Shown piece by piece: positions 50,501-60,900 of a DNA stretch of 64,000 nt. The stretch lies in contig OY969926.1 of NCBI GenBank assembly GCA_963704645.1, forward strand, positions 128,001-192,000, in the 5' to 3' direction. The position numbers and the translations under genes were made by a program. The stretch is from an uncultured bacterium (lineage in GTDB: Bacteria; Patescibacteriota; JACMRA01). The notes beneath the pieces were generated by a model. The model saw only the letters and a program-made list of their open reading frames with translations, was not told the origin of the DNA and ran no database searches. How positions within the stretch are numbered: the stretch's first letter is position 1; every line of letters begins with the position of its first letter.

Positions 50501-52159
50501 CATCTGGAGTCAGATTATCACCAGTATACACTGTCACGTTTCCAGTTGGATCAGTGATAAAAGCACCTTTAAAATCAGCATTATCCATTTCTAGCAAATG
50601 ATAATTGTACTGATGAGTCCAACTTTCTCCAAAAATTGTAGGTTGTCCACCTAAACCATTGTACTGCAAACTAAGGTTGATATTTGGTCTTCCAGTAATA
50701 TTTATAAGTTCAACCTGCTCCATTAGATTGCCATTTTGAGTATTTATTGGATCTCCAATACATCCACTACATGGATCTTGAACAGCTGAGGCTGAAGGTA
50801 AAAATCCATTGGAAATACGTTTGTAATCAATAAACCAAGCTTCTTTAGGTACCCCAATATTTTTACCAGGACCTCGAGTAACGTAGCCAAATGTAGGATT
50901 CCAAATAGATTCATTTCCAGCTTTATCATAAGCTATAATATAATAATCTAGCTTCGCACCATAATTATATGGAGTAATTGCCGAGTATTTACCATTTCCA
51001 TTGTCATTCAATTCTACTAGTTCACCATTTAAGGAGAAGTAAACCTTGCCTACACCACTTCCTTCGTCAGTTACTTTCACCTCAATAAAGACTTTGCCAT
51101 TTACAGCAGTAACTTTAGCATCTTCAATTTTAGGTGGTAATAAATCAAGATTTGGCATGTCACATTCACCAAAACAAACAGCATCAGCTATAGTGTACTC
51201 AACACCTGTTCCTGGACCTGTACTAATATAGGATGCAACCCAAGATGTATCATTGCCATCAAAATTGAATTTTCCTAAAGAAACTTTTTGCCCAGCCTTT
51301 TCGTATTGATTGATAGGTACTAATTCTGCGCCATCAGCATTGCGAACAAAATAAGTAATAATGGTTGGTTCTGTAGCAGTAGCCAAACTTGGATCAGCTG
51401 ATTGCACTGGTGGAATGGTGGCAAATAGCTCTACCTCTCCATCTAACTTTGTATAGTCAGGATTCCAAAATGCTAGAGCACCGCGATCAAGTGAAAATAT
51501 TGAGGTTTGGTTGTAACCAACTAATTGTGGAGTCCAAACTCCAAGCGTAGTAAAACAATTAGTTTTGTCTATTTCTGGATTACTAAGTGCAGGATCAGAA
51601 TCATCAACCACCACTCCACAATCTTCATACGGGTTGGAAACTACAGTACAGGCTGGGTCATTAGGGTCACAGCTGGTGGAGCTACTATTTGGTTCGCTAG
51701 ATGTTGTAACATAGTTAGTAAAGTGATTTGTCAAGGCTTTCACAGTACCATTTTGAACACTGCTAACCACTGATTCCCACTTAGCATTTACTTCGTTAAA
51801 AAAGTAAGTTTTCAAGTTTTGAGGGTTTTTATCTGCTGTAAATCTAGTTTCAATTGTAATATCTTTATTAAATTTAGTAACTTCTTTGTAGTTCAAGTCT
51901 TGAGCAGTTAACTCGTACGTTGTGTCTATTGAAGGAGACTTGGCAGGGTCTAGGTTTTGAGCATCCTTTAGACGGCCAGTATTTTTATAGGTTACAATTA
52001 CGGGAGATTGTACAGCACCAGCAGGAAAAATTACACTTGTGTCGCCTACTACAAGACTCCCTCCGTTTTCTGGAGTAATATAGGCTTGAGCAAAACTTGA
52101 GTTGTACCTACCCTTATCTTGATTATCTTTAATTAAATTAGCAGTTTTATCTTCTAAGG
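44529..52159 (-). CDS. giant Rhs/YD-repeat protein, main frame (ZU5-like, golvesin/CBM-like, Ig-like, DUF6531, YD repeats, Rhs core, ~240-aa variable tip)
   Basis: GDPINTQNGNL, dozens of YD repeats, YTNQEYD..LYSRAYDPTTGTWLQQD..YGYVKNSPMTYRDYYG core; frame stays open upstream of the track start (51896) to the A6 run at 52160-52165. Confidence 0.92.
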
Positions 52160-52474
52160 TTTTTTATCGTATTTAGATTCTGCGCTTTCACTAGCTACTA
52201 ATTTAACATAATTTTTTGCTTCTTGATCACTAATTTTATCTCCTTCAGTTATACTTGCTATATAGTCTGGATTTTCAGTTTTTCTTAGTGAATCTCGCAT
52301 CTCATTTGCAGACACAGATCTGGCAAGATTGTTTGAAGAAATGGTTGAGTTTTTGGACTGGAAAAAGAGTGATATAGCTATTATTCCAGCCAAAACTGCA
52401 AAAGAAATAACTCCGAATACTAACAACTTTCTAAATTTATTTGAACCAGTAAAATTACTATAAGAATTAAACAT
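52154..52474 (-). CDS. N-terminal TM-anchor segment of the Rhs gene, separated by a 1-nt frameshift
   Basis: TM helix; GAT AAA AAA CCT TAG; one extra A joins it to the Rhs frame (DKKTLEDKTANL). Confidence 0.75.
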   Translation of the reverse strand: MFNSYSNFTGSNKFRKLLVFGVISFAVLAGIIAISLFFQSKNSTISSNNLARSVSANEMRDSLRKTENPDYIASITEGDKISDQEAKNYVKLVASESAESKYDKKP

Positions 52475-52553
52475 ATATATATATAAGCATCAAAGTACGT
52501 GCAGACTATATACATTGTCAATTAGATAATAATAATTATAATAATAATTTACC

Positions 52554-53162
52554 TTAAATCAAATCCAACAAATTTTGTTTGGTGTTTATATTTCCAATAG
52601 TTTTATTAAACTTAGCCCTCCAGTTTTGTATGTCTTTACTTGACAGTGATCTCCAGTTGGCAATTAACCAAGTTTTAACTTTACTGCCAGAATATTCTTT
52701 TACTACTCTGTTCCACCAATTTAAATGACTGTTGCCCCAAATTGTATTAACTTTCCAGTTAGGTAAATCGGTGAAGCCTATGGACCAAATAATCTTTTCA
52801 TTGAATACACCTTTAATTTGCCCTTGCACAACTTTATATGAAAAACCTCTGGTTAAAACTGACTCTAGGAAATATTTAATTTTAGATGGAACTTGGCCTA
52901 AACTTATTGGATATATAAAAATAATCAGATCAGCTCTTTGAAACCTAATTTGGTACTCAATAATTGTGCTGTCTTTGGGCGTAGTAGCTTGAAAAAAGCT
53001 ATCGGAAACATCTTCATCTAAATTTAATAAATCTACATTAAATTCGTTTAACTGAAAGTCTTCTAAAATATCTTTTACAAGGTCGGTCATCTCTTCCTCA
53101 CGGGAATTAGAAGCAGTGTTTAAATTCACTGTAACTATAAAAACCTTACCCACTTTGTTCAT
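52554..53162 (-). CDS. flavodoxin-like NAD(P)H-dependent oxidoreductase (degenerate)
   Basis: ADLIIFIYPI..VPSKIK.FLESV..GFSY. Confidence 0.7.
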   Translation of the reverse strand: MNKVGKVFIVTVNLNTASNSREEEMTDLVKDILEDFQLNEFNVDLLNLDEDVSDSFFQATTPKDSTIIEYQIRFQRADLIIFIYPISLGQVPSKIKYFLESVLTRGFSYKVVQGQIKGVFNEKIIWSIGFTDLPNWKVNTIWGNSHLNWWNRVVKEYSGSKVKTWLIANWRSLSSKDIQNWRAKFNKTIGNINTKQNLLDLI

Positions 53163-53269
53163 GCTTAAAAATTAACATAAAAATTGAATTTAGCAAGTAT
53201 TTTGACATTCAACATGTTATGCAATACAATTATATAATCTTAACAGAGCACAAAACACAAATAAATATT

Positions 53270-53440
53270 ATGGCTATTATTAAACAAAAATACGACAACT
53301 CTAAAGTAAGATTTAATCATGTTCTCACTTTAATAAAAGAATTAGAATTGTGTTACTGTCTGCACGATGACTTAATTCCAGCTCACAACAGAGCTATCAA
53401 AGAAGAATTAGCAAGGATGTCCGATTTCATTTACGTTTAG
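53270..53440 (+). CDS. small helical hypothetical protein, paralog of 746..925
   Basis: VLTLIKELELCYCLHDDLIPAH; TTGACA at 53202. Confidence 0.6.
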   Translation: MAIIKQKYDNSKVRFNHVLTLIKELELCYCLHDDLIPAHNRAIKEELARMSDFIYV

Positions 53441-53621
53441 AAATTGGAGTTTCAGATTAAATTTGAAAATTACTTGCCTGCTCGGCACTGTAATTAATTT
53501 ATGACATCTCTAATAATTAACATAATTGAGACAGCCTGATTTTTAATAGTTGAGCAGTACTTTAAATCAGTTTAGATCTAATTTATATATAGAAAACGGA
53601 TATAAGATTTTAAATATTATT

Positions 53622-54191
53622 CTAATAAAACTCTGTAATATTTAAAACTGCTAACCAGCTGGCTGCAATTTCTCTTATAACTTGGCTACAAATTATTGGA
53701 GAGCAAGAATCTTCAGCTTCAACAGGAATTACTTCCAAACCAAAGTTTTTACATAAAACAGAAGCCCTTGCCAAATGATAAGCCTGACTTACAAGATACA
53801 AAGACTTAAAATTATATTCTTCAGACGCTCTTTTACAAGAATTAAAAGTTCTTATCCCCCCAGCATCTTCCAAAATAATATTAGCTGGCACACCATTTTT
53901 TACAAGATAGTTTTTCATTGCTAAAGGTTCATTGTAATAAACATCTCTATTATCACCAGACACCAAAATACGATTAATATTTTTTTCTCTATAAATTTGA
54001 ATGGTTTTATCTAAACGCAATTGCAAGATTTTACTTGGCTGGCCATTTAATATTCCAGCACCCAAAACCATGACCGAATTTGGAGAGTTTAAATCTGTAC
54101 CTTTTAAAACAAAAGTTTCCACAGTGAAAGCCCAAAATGGAAGAAAAATTACTACTAAAATTACTATCAATGCTTTAACCAAATATTTCAT
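53622..54191 (-). CDS. SanA/YdcF (DUF218) family protein
   Basis: MVLGAG, RLD, LVSGDN..YNEP.AM, GIRT, SQAYHLARA, REIAA. Confidence 0.88.
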   Translation of the reverse strand: MKYLVKALIVILVVIFLPFWAFTVETFVLKGTDLNSPNSVMVLGAGILNGQPSKILQLRLDKTIQIYREKNINRILVSGDNRDVYYNEPLAMKNYLVKNGVPANIILEDAGGIRTFNSCKRASEEYNFKSLYLVSQAYHLARASVLCKNFGLEVIPVEAEDSCSPIICSQVIREIAASWLAVLNITEFY

Positions 54192-54280
54192 TAATTTTAG
54201 AATAGTGATCAATGTACAGCATGTCAAAAAACACCTAAAATTAAATTGACAAAGGAAATTGGTTTAGGCAAAGTTAGGGT

Positions 54281-57130
54281 ATGTTTCTGGCTAGATCATT
54301 TTCCCACCACTCACTTCTTTCCAGCATTCCACAAGTTCCAGCTTTAATTAAAAATGCCAAGGAAAAGGGCTATACCAGCATTGCCCTAACCGATGAAGAT
54401 ACTGGCTCTGGGTTGATTGAATTTTATGATATCTGCAAAAAGGAAGGTATAAAACCAGTTTTGGGTGCAACCCTTAGAATTCCAAATTTCGGCCAAGAAA
54501 AAAACGTATTTGGTAGAAACGCCAGTTTCAGTAAAATTGCTATTCTGGCTAAAAACGAAAACGGCTACAGAGCTTTGCTGGAATTAATTTCTACTGCCAG
54601 AACAATTCAAGAACAACCAACTTACCACATAACTTTTGATAATTTAGAAAAATTTGTTCAACCAAACGAGGCGGAGATAAGTTTAGAAAATAAAATAAAT
54701 TTAGACTTTTTTATTTTTCTTGGTGGAAATGATCACGAAATTATTCAACTGGTCAGAGCAAACAAAATTCAGCAAGCAAAAGTAGTTTTAGAAAAATATT
54801 GGCAGAAGTTTGGATCTGCAAATATATTACTAGGGCTAGCTTTTCCGCTAATTGATGAAAGTGAAGATGAGGTTAAGAAAATAAATTTGGAATTAAATCA
54901 ACTATGTAAAGCTTTACAAATTAAAGTACTAGCTAGTCCTGATCCCAGGTATTTGGAAGAGGATGACGAAGAAGCTTTTAAAGTAGTTCTTGCCATTAGG
55001 GAACAAAAAAAATTGTCAGAAATTAATTTAACCCGACACTTTAGCTTACCCAGTGTAGAAAAACTGAAGGCTAATTTCGGCTATCTTCCTGAAGCTGTAG
55101 AAACAAATTTGATTGAAGAGCAAATTAACATTGAAATTCCAACCAGCTTCGATAAAAATGCTGATGGAGCCTACTTCCCAATTTACATTCTACCCGAAAA
55201 CGAAAACCCAGCAGACAAACTTGCTTGGGAAAGTTACATAGGCTTGCTGGACCGATTCGCACCCGAAAAACTTGGCAGGCAAGAATGGGCAGAAAAATTT
55301 CCTTACGAAAAGCTAGTCGAACTAAAAAGTTTTGTTACCAATTTAACCCCAAATTCTAAAGATTTGCCTGGTTACCCTGAAGAATATTGGGGGAATAGAG
55401 AACAAATGCATATTTACATTGAACGCACAGAAACCGAGTTGGAAGTTATTGTTACAAAAGGTTACGCTGATTACTTTTTGGTGTTCGCTGATATCATGCA
55501 ATTTTGCAGAAATAATGGAATTGTTATTAATACTCGTGGTTCTGCAGCTGGTTGCTTGGTTGGTTTTTTAACAGGAATAAATATTTTAGATCCTCTTCTT
55601 TATAATTTACCTTTTGAAAGATTTTTAAATCCATTTAGACCTTCACCTCCAGATATTGACGGAGATTTTGCAGACGATAGGCGTGGAGAAGTAATTGATT
55701 ATATTACAAAGAAATATGGTAACCATAAAGTATGCCAAATTGTAACTTTTGGAACCATGTTGCCCAAAGCTGCGGTACGAGATGTAGGTAGAGTTTTAGG
55801 AATTTCTTATGGAAAATGTGATAGATTATCTAAGCTTATTCCAACAGCACCTCAGGGTAGAAAAACTAACTTTAAATGGGCCTTTGAAACCAGCGAAGAA
55901 TTAACACAAGCTTATGAAAAAGATGAAGAAGTTAGAAGAATGATTGATATTGCTAAAAAGGTTGAAGGGAACTATAGGCACGCTTCTGTTCACGCCGCAG
56001 GTGTTATTATTGCACCCGACAAATTAACCAAATTTGCACCTTTACAGTGGGACTCTGAACACCAAATGATTATTTGCCAATACGATATGCGTGTTGCTGA
56101 AAAAGCAGGTTTGGTAAAAATGGATATTCTAGGAATTACGAACCTTTCTATTTTAGGAAATGCAGTGCAACTAGCCCAAGAAAGACACAACATTCATATT
56201 GATCTACAAAAAATTGATACCACCAATAAACAGTCTTTTGAACTGTTAGCCAAAGGTAGAACCATGGGAACTTTTCAGCTTTCAGGACCAACCATGACTA
56301 GATATTTGGTAGATTTAGAGCCAACCAAGGTTCAAGATTTAATGGCTATGGTAGCATTATATCGTCCTGGGCCTATGGGCAGTATTCCTGAATATATTCG
56401 CCGTAAAAAAAATCCTAAGCTAGTAAAATATATTGTTCCGCAAATGGAAAAATGGATGGCTCCAAGCTTTGGTATTTTTGTTTATCAAGAAGATTTACTT
56501 TTTACAGCTATTGAACTAGCAGGATACGACTGGGGTAAAGTAGATGTTTTAAGAAAGGGAATGGGTAAAAAAATTCAATCAGTTATAGATGAACAAAAAC
56601 CTATATTTATTGAAGGTGCTATCCAAAAATCTGGTTTAAGCCGGGAGAAAGCAACAGAAATTTGGGAACTTATGGTGCCCTTTGGTGCATATGGTTTTAA
56701 CAAAGCTCACTCTTCTAATTATGGCATGGTGGCATATTGGACGGCATACATGAAGGCAAATTATTCTGTAGAATTTATGACAGCTTTAATGACCAGCGAA
56801 GCCAGTGATTTAGACAAAATTGCCACTGCAATTAAAGAGTGTAAAGAGCTTGGACTAACTGTACTTCCCCCAGATGTAAATTTATCTTATAATTCTTTCA
56901 CTATAGAAAATAACAAAACTATAAGATACGGCCTTGCCAGTGTTAAAAATTTAGGGAAAGACGTAATTGCCTTTCTAACTAATGAGCGAAAAACTAATGG
57001 AAACTTTATTAGTTTAGAAGATTTTGTTCAGAGGTTAAGTGCCAACAAAGGTTTCAGTAAAAGATCTTTGGAAGCTCTAATTTGGTCTGGTGCGTTAGAC
57101 TCACTAGGCGCTAAAAAATTGAGGACTTAG
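54281..57130 (+). CDS. dnaE: DNA polymerase III alpha subunit, C-terminally shortened
   Basis: RGSAAG, FERFLNP.R..PPDIDGDF, HAAGV, KMDILG, LYRPGP, YGFNKAHS. Confidence 0.95.
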   Translation: MFLARSFSHHSLLSSIPQVPALIKNAKEKGYTSIALTDEDTGSGLIEFYDICKKEGIKPVLGATLRIPNFGQEKNVFGRNASFSKIAILAKNENGYRALLELISTARTIQEQPTYHITFDNLEKFVQPNEAEISLENKINLDFFIFLGGNDHEIIQLVRANKIQQAKVVLEKYWQKFGSANILLGLAFPLIDESEDEVKKINLELNQLCKALQIKVLASPDPRYLEEDDEEAFKVVLAIREQKKLSEINLTRHFSLPSVEKLKANFGYLPEAVETNLIEEQINIEIPTSFDKNADGAYFPIYILPENENPADKLAWESYIGLLDRFAPEKLGRQEWAEKFPYEKLVELKSFVTNLTPNSKDLPGYPEEYWGNREQMHIYIERTETELEVIVTKGYADYFLVFADIMQFCRNNGIVINTRGSAAGCLVGFLTGINILDPLLYNLPFERFLNPFRPSPPDIDGDFADDRRGEVIDYITKKYGNHKVCQIVTFGTMLPKAAVRDVGRVLGISYGKCDRLSKLIPTAPQGRKTNFKWAFETSEELTQAYEKDEEVRRMIDIAKKVEGNYRHASVHAAGVIIAPDKLTKFAPLQWDSEHQMIICQYDMRVAEKAGLVKMDILGITNLSILGNAVQLAQERHNIHIDLQKIDTTNKQSFELLAKGRTMGTFQLSGPTMTRYLVDLEPTKVQDLMAMVALYRPGPMGSIPEYIRRKKNPKLVKYIVPQMEKWMAPSFGIFVYQEDLLFTAIELAGYDWGKVDVLRKGMGKKIQSVIDEQKPIFIEGAIQKSGLSREKATEIWELMVPFGAYGFNKAHSSNYGMVAYWTAYMKANYSVEFMTALMTSEASDLDKIATAIKECKELGLTVLPPDVNLSYNSFTIENNKTIRYGLASVKNLGKDVIAFLTNERKTNGNFISLEDFVQRLSANKGFSKRSLEALIWSGALDSLGAKKLRT

Positions 57131-57158
57131 AAATTGGTTACTTGAAACTTATAGCCCA

Positions 57159-57881
57159 TTACTTAGATTCTAAAGCCGGAAAAGGAGATACAATTTCAGC
57201 CAGTGTGTTTGCACTGGTATATTTCTTAGTCTCCACAACTGGCTCAGCTTGCACTTTCTGTACAGGTTTGACCTCTTCCTCTTTTGCCTTGCTGTCTGAC
57301 ACCTGAATCTCGTCTGATTTTGGATTGCTCTCTTCAACTGGTTTTTCCTTCGCAGCTATTTCTCTTCTACCAAAAGTCTGAGCTACGAAAATAGTTGGAA
57401 AATCGTTTAAAGTTCCATATTCCACAGCAAGACCAGTCTCTACAAAACCACTATTTAAAATGTTGTCTCTGTGGGTTGGAGAATTCATCCAAGCCTCTAC
57501 CATACTTTCTACACTGTCATAACCATTAGCTAAGTTTTCCCCAGCCTCAACATATACATATCCTGCCTCTTTAATAAAGTTAGACCACTTTCTTCCATCT
57601 ACAGGTGACACATGTGAAAAGTATTTTTTATCTGACATGTCTTTAGCCTTGTTTCCTGCCGCCACCATTAACTGATCATTAACAATTAAAGGCTTCAGAT
57701 TGTTTTTAATTCTTTCCTGATTTACAGCTACAATAATTTGATTAGCACTATAGCCTTCTGCCTTGGCAATTTTGGTAGTTTTACTGCTTTCAAATAACAA
57801 GAAACTAAACACAGTTAAAGCTAACAGGCAGGATATTGCTGTTAGCCATATAAGCCATTTTGTGTTTGTTTTGTTGGTCAT
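57159..57881 (-). CDS. CAP/SCP domain protein, membrane anchored
   Basis: NQER, KAKDM..YFSH, AGENLA, WMNSPTHRDNIL. Confidence 0.9.
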   Translation of the reverse strand: MTNKTNTKWLIWLTAISCLLALTVFSFLLFESSKTTKIAKAEGYSANQIIVAVNQERIKNNLKPLIVNDQLMVAAGNKAKDMSDKKYFSHVSPVDGRKWSNFIKEAGYVYVEAGENLANGYDSVESMVEAWMNSPTHRDNILNSGFVETGLAVEYGTLNDFPTIFVAQTFGRREIAAKEKPVEESNPKSDEIQVSDSKAKEEEVKPVQKVQAEPVVETKKYTSANTLAEIVSPFPALESK

Positions 57882-58528
57882 TACTTTTTAAATAAAATGT
57901 TTTCAATTTCTTCTGCCGAATCTACCAAATAGAATAAACTCATAATATCTGCAGCAACTGTTTTTCTACTTTTCAATAAAATGTTTTGTATCCATTCAAT
58001 GTAACCTACCCAGAAACTACTTTCAAACAAGAAAATTGGTTTACTTGGGTATTTGTTAGTTTTAATCAGGGTTAATAATTCCATTAATTCATCCAAGGTG
58101 CCAATTCCACCAGGACAAAATATAAATGCGTCGCTTTGCCTAAGCATATATTTTCTTACCGAAAATTGAGTAAATATAATAGAAGTATCGGCATCTTCCA
58201 TAGCCAATGGTTCATCTGGAATATCTATACAAAAAGCCACAGCCTTTCCACCAGCCAACCTAGAACCAAGCAATGCCGCTTTCATAATTCCAGGCCCGCC
58301 GCCAGAAACAACACTCCAACCTTTGGAAGCAACCATTTTTGCTATTTGTTGAACGTTTTCAAAAGTGCTTTCCTCCGACTTAATTAAGGAGCCACCATAA
58401 AAGGTTACAGTCTTGCTGGCCAGAGTGTTTAAAGCCAACATTCCCAACTTATATTCATCATTAATTTTGTGTAAAAGATAAAACTGATCCTCGCTTAAAG
58501 TCTCGTTTTGTAGGTTTATCTGATTCAT
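57881..58528 (-). CDS. LOG family (Rossmann-fold nucleotide-binding) protein
   Basis: SGGGPGIM, RK, PGGIGTLDE. Confidence 0.9.
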   Translation of the reverse strand: MNQINLQNETLSEDQFYLLHKINDEYKLGMLALNTLASKTVTFYGGSLIKSEESTFENVQQIAKMVASKGWSVVSGGGPGIMKAALLGSRLAGGKAVAFCIDIPDEPLAMEDADTSIIFTQFSVRKYMLRQSDAFIFCPGGIGTLDELMELLTLIKTNKYPSKPIFLFESSFWVGYIEWIQNILLKSRKTVAADIMSLFYLVDSAEEIENILFKK

Positions 58529-58629
58529 AATTTAATTATACCATAGATGTAGTAGCTGGGCAATAAAAACCTGTAGATTAGGGAAACATATCTTGACAAA
58601 CCAACTTTAAAATACAAAATTACATTTAT

Positions 58630-59157
58630 ATGCACCCACACAATTTATATTTTCTACCTTCTGGGGAAGTAAACAAATTTAATGTGATAATTGAAATTCC
58701 TTACGGAAGTCAGAACAAATACGAATTAGACCCAGAAACAGGAGCTCTATTTTTAGACAGAGTTTTATACTCTTCTGAATTTTACCCTTTTAACTATGGC
58801 TTTATTCCTTCAACCAAAGCTCCAGACGGCGATGCTTTAGATGTTGCTGTTTTACTTACAAATCCGGTCCCTCCAAACACTGTTGTTGTATCTAGAGCTA
58901 TTGGAATTTTAAAGAAAATTGATTCCGGCGACCAAGACGATATGATTTTAGCTGTACCAGTTAACGACCCAAGATTTAAAGATATTACAGATTACACTCA
59001 GTTGCCAGCACATAAACTTTTGGAAATTGAAGATTTCTTTGCGAACTACAAAAGACTACAGAATAAGAAGTGTGAAATTGTGGGATTTGCAGGAAAAATA
59101 GAGGCTGAACAAGAAATTGCTAGACATTTAAATAATTACCCTTCATTTAAAAAATAA
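58630..59157 (+). CDS. ppa: inorganic pyrophosphatase (family I)
   Basis: IEIP, KYELD, LDR, YPFNYGFIP, DGDALDV. Confidence 0.95.
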   Translation: MHPHNLYFLPSGEVNKFNVIIEIPYGSQNKYELDPETGALFLDRVLYSSEFYPFNYGFIPSTKAPDGDALDVAVLLTNPVPPNTVVVSRAIGILKKIDSGDQDDMILAVPVNDPRFKDITDYTQLPAHKLLEIEDFFANYKRLQNKKCEIVGFAGKIEAEQEIARHLNNYPSFKK

Positions 59158-59161
59158 CATT

Positions 59162-59386
59162 ATGAACACACAAGATATACTACTTTGGGGCCAAGGAATT
59201 ACATTAGTACTTTCTATTGTCCTAATTTTAATGCAAAACCGCGGAGCCAGTTTAGACAGTGCTTTCGGCGGAAGAAACGAAATCTATTTAACCCGAAGAG
59301 GTATTGAAAAAAGCGTTGTAAATCTTACAACTATAGCTGTTGTATCCTTCGTAGTTTTAAGAATTTTAAGTCTTTATATAGTTTAA
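59162..59386 (+). CDS. secG: preprotein translocase subunit SecG
   Basis: ILMQNRGASL..AFGG, TRRGIEK, two TMs. Confidence 0.88.
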   Translation: MNTQDILLWGQGITLVLSIVLILMQNRGASLDSAFGGRNEIYLTRRGIEKSVVNLTTIAVVSFVVLRILSLYIV

Positions 59387-59719
59387 GTTAGCTAGAAATA
59401 GTATATTGTGATGAAGTCTGTGACTCGATCGCATAATTTGGTGTTTGTGTAAACAATGGTATTTAGTTGCGAGCAAAGCTCAAGAACAACTCACCACTAT
59501 TTCAGTTTGCATAGTGTAATAAATATAAACTTTTTCATACGATGTATAGAGTCTAGCGTAAATTGAGTTTATAGAATTAGAGATGTTTCCATTTCTAAAG
59601 CTTTTAAAAAGAGTATATATTTTTTTGAAACTTAATACAACAATTTTGCATAGTCATAATTGCAAAAGTAATCTTCTTGACAAGATAATTACTGAATACC
59701 ATGTTTAGAGAACAAGTAT

Positions 59720-60898
59720 ATGTCCGAAACAAGCCAAAAACAACCTACAATGGCAGATTTGCTGCTTCATGTAGAAAAAGCCCTATCTGTATCTATTGGT
59801 GAAACCGTAAAAGGTAAAGTATTTTTTATTTCTAAAAGCCAAGTTCTAATTGATTTAGAAAACTTTGGAATTGGAGTAGTAAGAGGAAGAGAATTATATA
59901 ACGAAGAATATCTTTCCAGATTAAAATTGGAAGAAGAAATTGAAGCTGTTGTTGTAGATTTAGACAACGAAATGGGAATGGTAGAATTAAGTTTCCGCGC
60001 TATTGGACACGACAAAGTTTGGTCTGAAATTAAAGAAAATTACGAAGGAGAAAAAATTATTGATGCAAAAATTAAAGACGCCAACAGAGGAGGTTTCCTT
60101 GTAAAAGTTAACGGTGTAGACGGTTTCTTACCTGCTTCATTGCTTTCCCCTACCCACGCTGTTAAGCAAAACAGCGTTGAAGATAAAAGTATTTTGAACC
60201 AAATGAAAAAATATGTTGGTCAAATTTTTAAAGTTAAAATTATTAGTATTAACCCTGATGCCGACACTTTCATTGTTTCAGAAAAAGCTGTAAGCGACGA
60301 AATGGCTCAAGCCAAATTATCTAAGTACAATGTTGGAGATGTTATTGAAGGTACAGTTGTTGGCTCTGTAGACTTTGGTGTTTTTGTAAGATTCGATAAA
60401 GATTTAGAAGGTTTAGTTCATATTTCAGAAATTGCTTGGAAGAAAATTGAAGATCCTAAAACTGAATTTAAAATTGGCGACCCAGTTAAGGCTAAAATTG
60501 TTGAAATTGATAAAGAAAATAGAATTAACTTATCTGTTAAACAGCTTCTTCCTAACCCTTGGGTAGAATTTGCTAAAACTGTTAAACCAGGAGACAAATT
60601 TGCTGGAACTGTAAGCAAAATTGTTACTTACGGAGCAATAATTGTTAACGACGAAGATATTCAAGCTTTGTGCCATATTTCTCAACTAAGCAAAACACCT
60701 CTAGAAAGCCCAGCTAAAATTCACGAAGTTCTTAGAATTGGAGAAAAGAAAGACTTTACAGTTTTATCTATTGATTCAGACGAAAAGCTATATCTTACAT
60801 TATTAGACTTAGCAGAAGCCAAAGCCATTCAAGATGATATAACTGCTAAACAAAAAGAAAGACAAGATAATTCTGAAAACTTCAACGAAGAAAGCTAA
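59720..60898 (+). CDS. rpsA: 30S ribosomal protein S1 (four S1 domains)
   Basis: NRGGFLV..GFLPAS, DFGVFV..EGLVHISEIAW. Confidence 0.9.
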   Translation: MSETSQKQPTMADLLLHVEKALSVSIGETVKGKVFFISKSQVLIDLENFGIGVVRGRELYNEEYLSRLKLEEEIEAVVVDLDNEMGMVELSFRAIGHDKVWSEIKENYEGEKIIDAKIKDANRGGFLVKVNGVDGFLPASLLSPTHAVKQNSVEDKSILNQMKKYVGQIFKVKIISINPDADTFIVSEKAVSDEMAQAKLSKYNVGDVIEGTVVGSVDFGVFVRFDKDLEGLVHISEIAWKKIEDPKTEFKIGDPVKAKIVEIDKENRINLSVKQLLPNPWVEFAKTVKPGDKFAGTVSKIVTYGAIIVNDEDIQALCHISQLSKTPLESPAKIHEVLRIGEKKDFTVLSIDSDEKLYLTLLDLAEAKAIQDDITAKQKERQDNSENFNEES

Positions 60899-60900
60899 TT

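Noticed and set aside
53441-53621. Possible structured RNA (TGCTC...GAGCA arms) downstream of the microprotein
   Set aside because: Arms are short, inner pairing is poor, and there is no counterpart downstream of the paralog at 746
59387-59719. 333-bp intergenic region before rpsA with TTTTGCA-N10-TGCAAAA (59644-59667) and a short GCGAGCAAAGCTC hairpin
   Set aside because: No recognisable tmRNA, RNase P, SRP or riboswitch signature by eye; needs a covariance-model search
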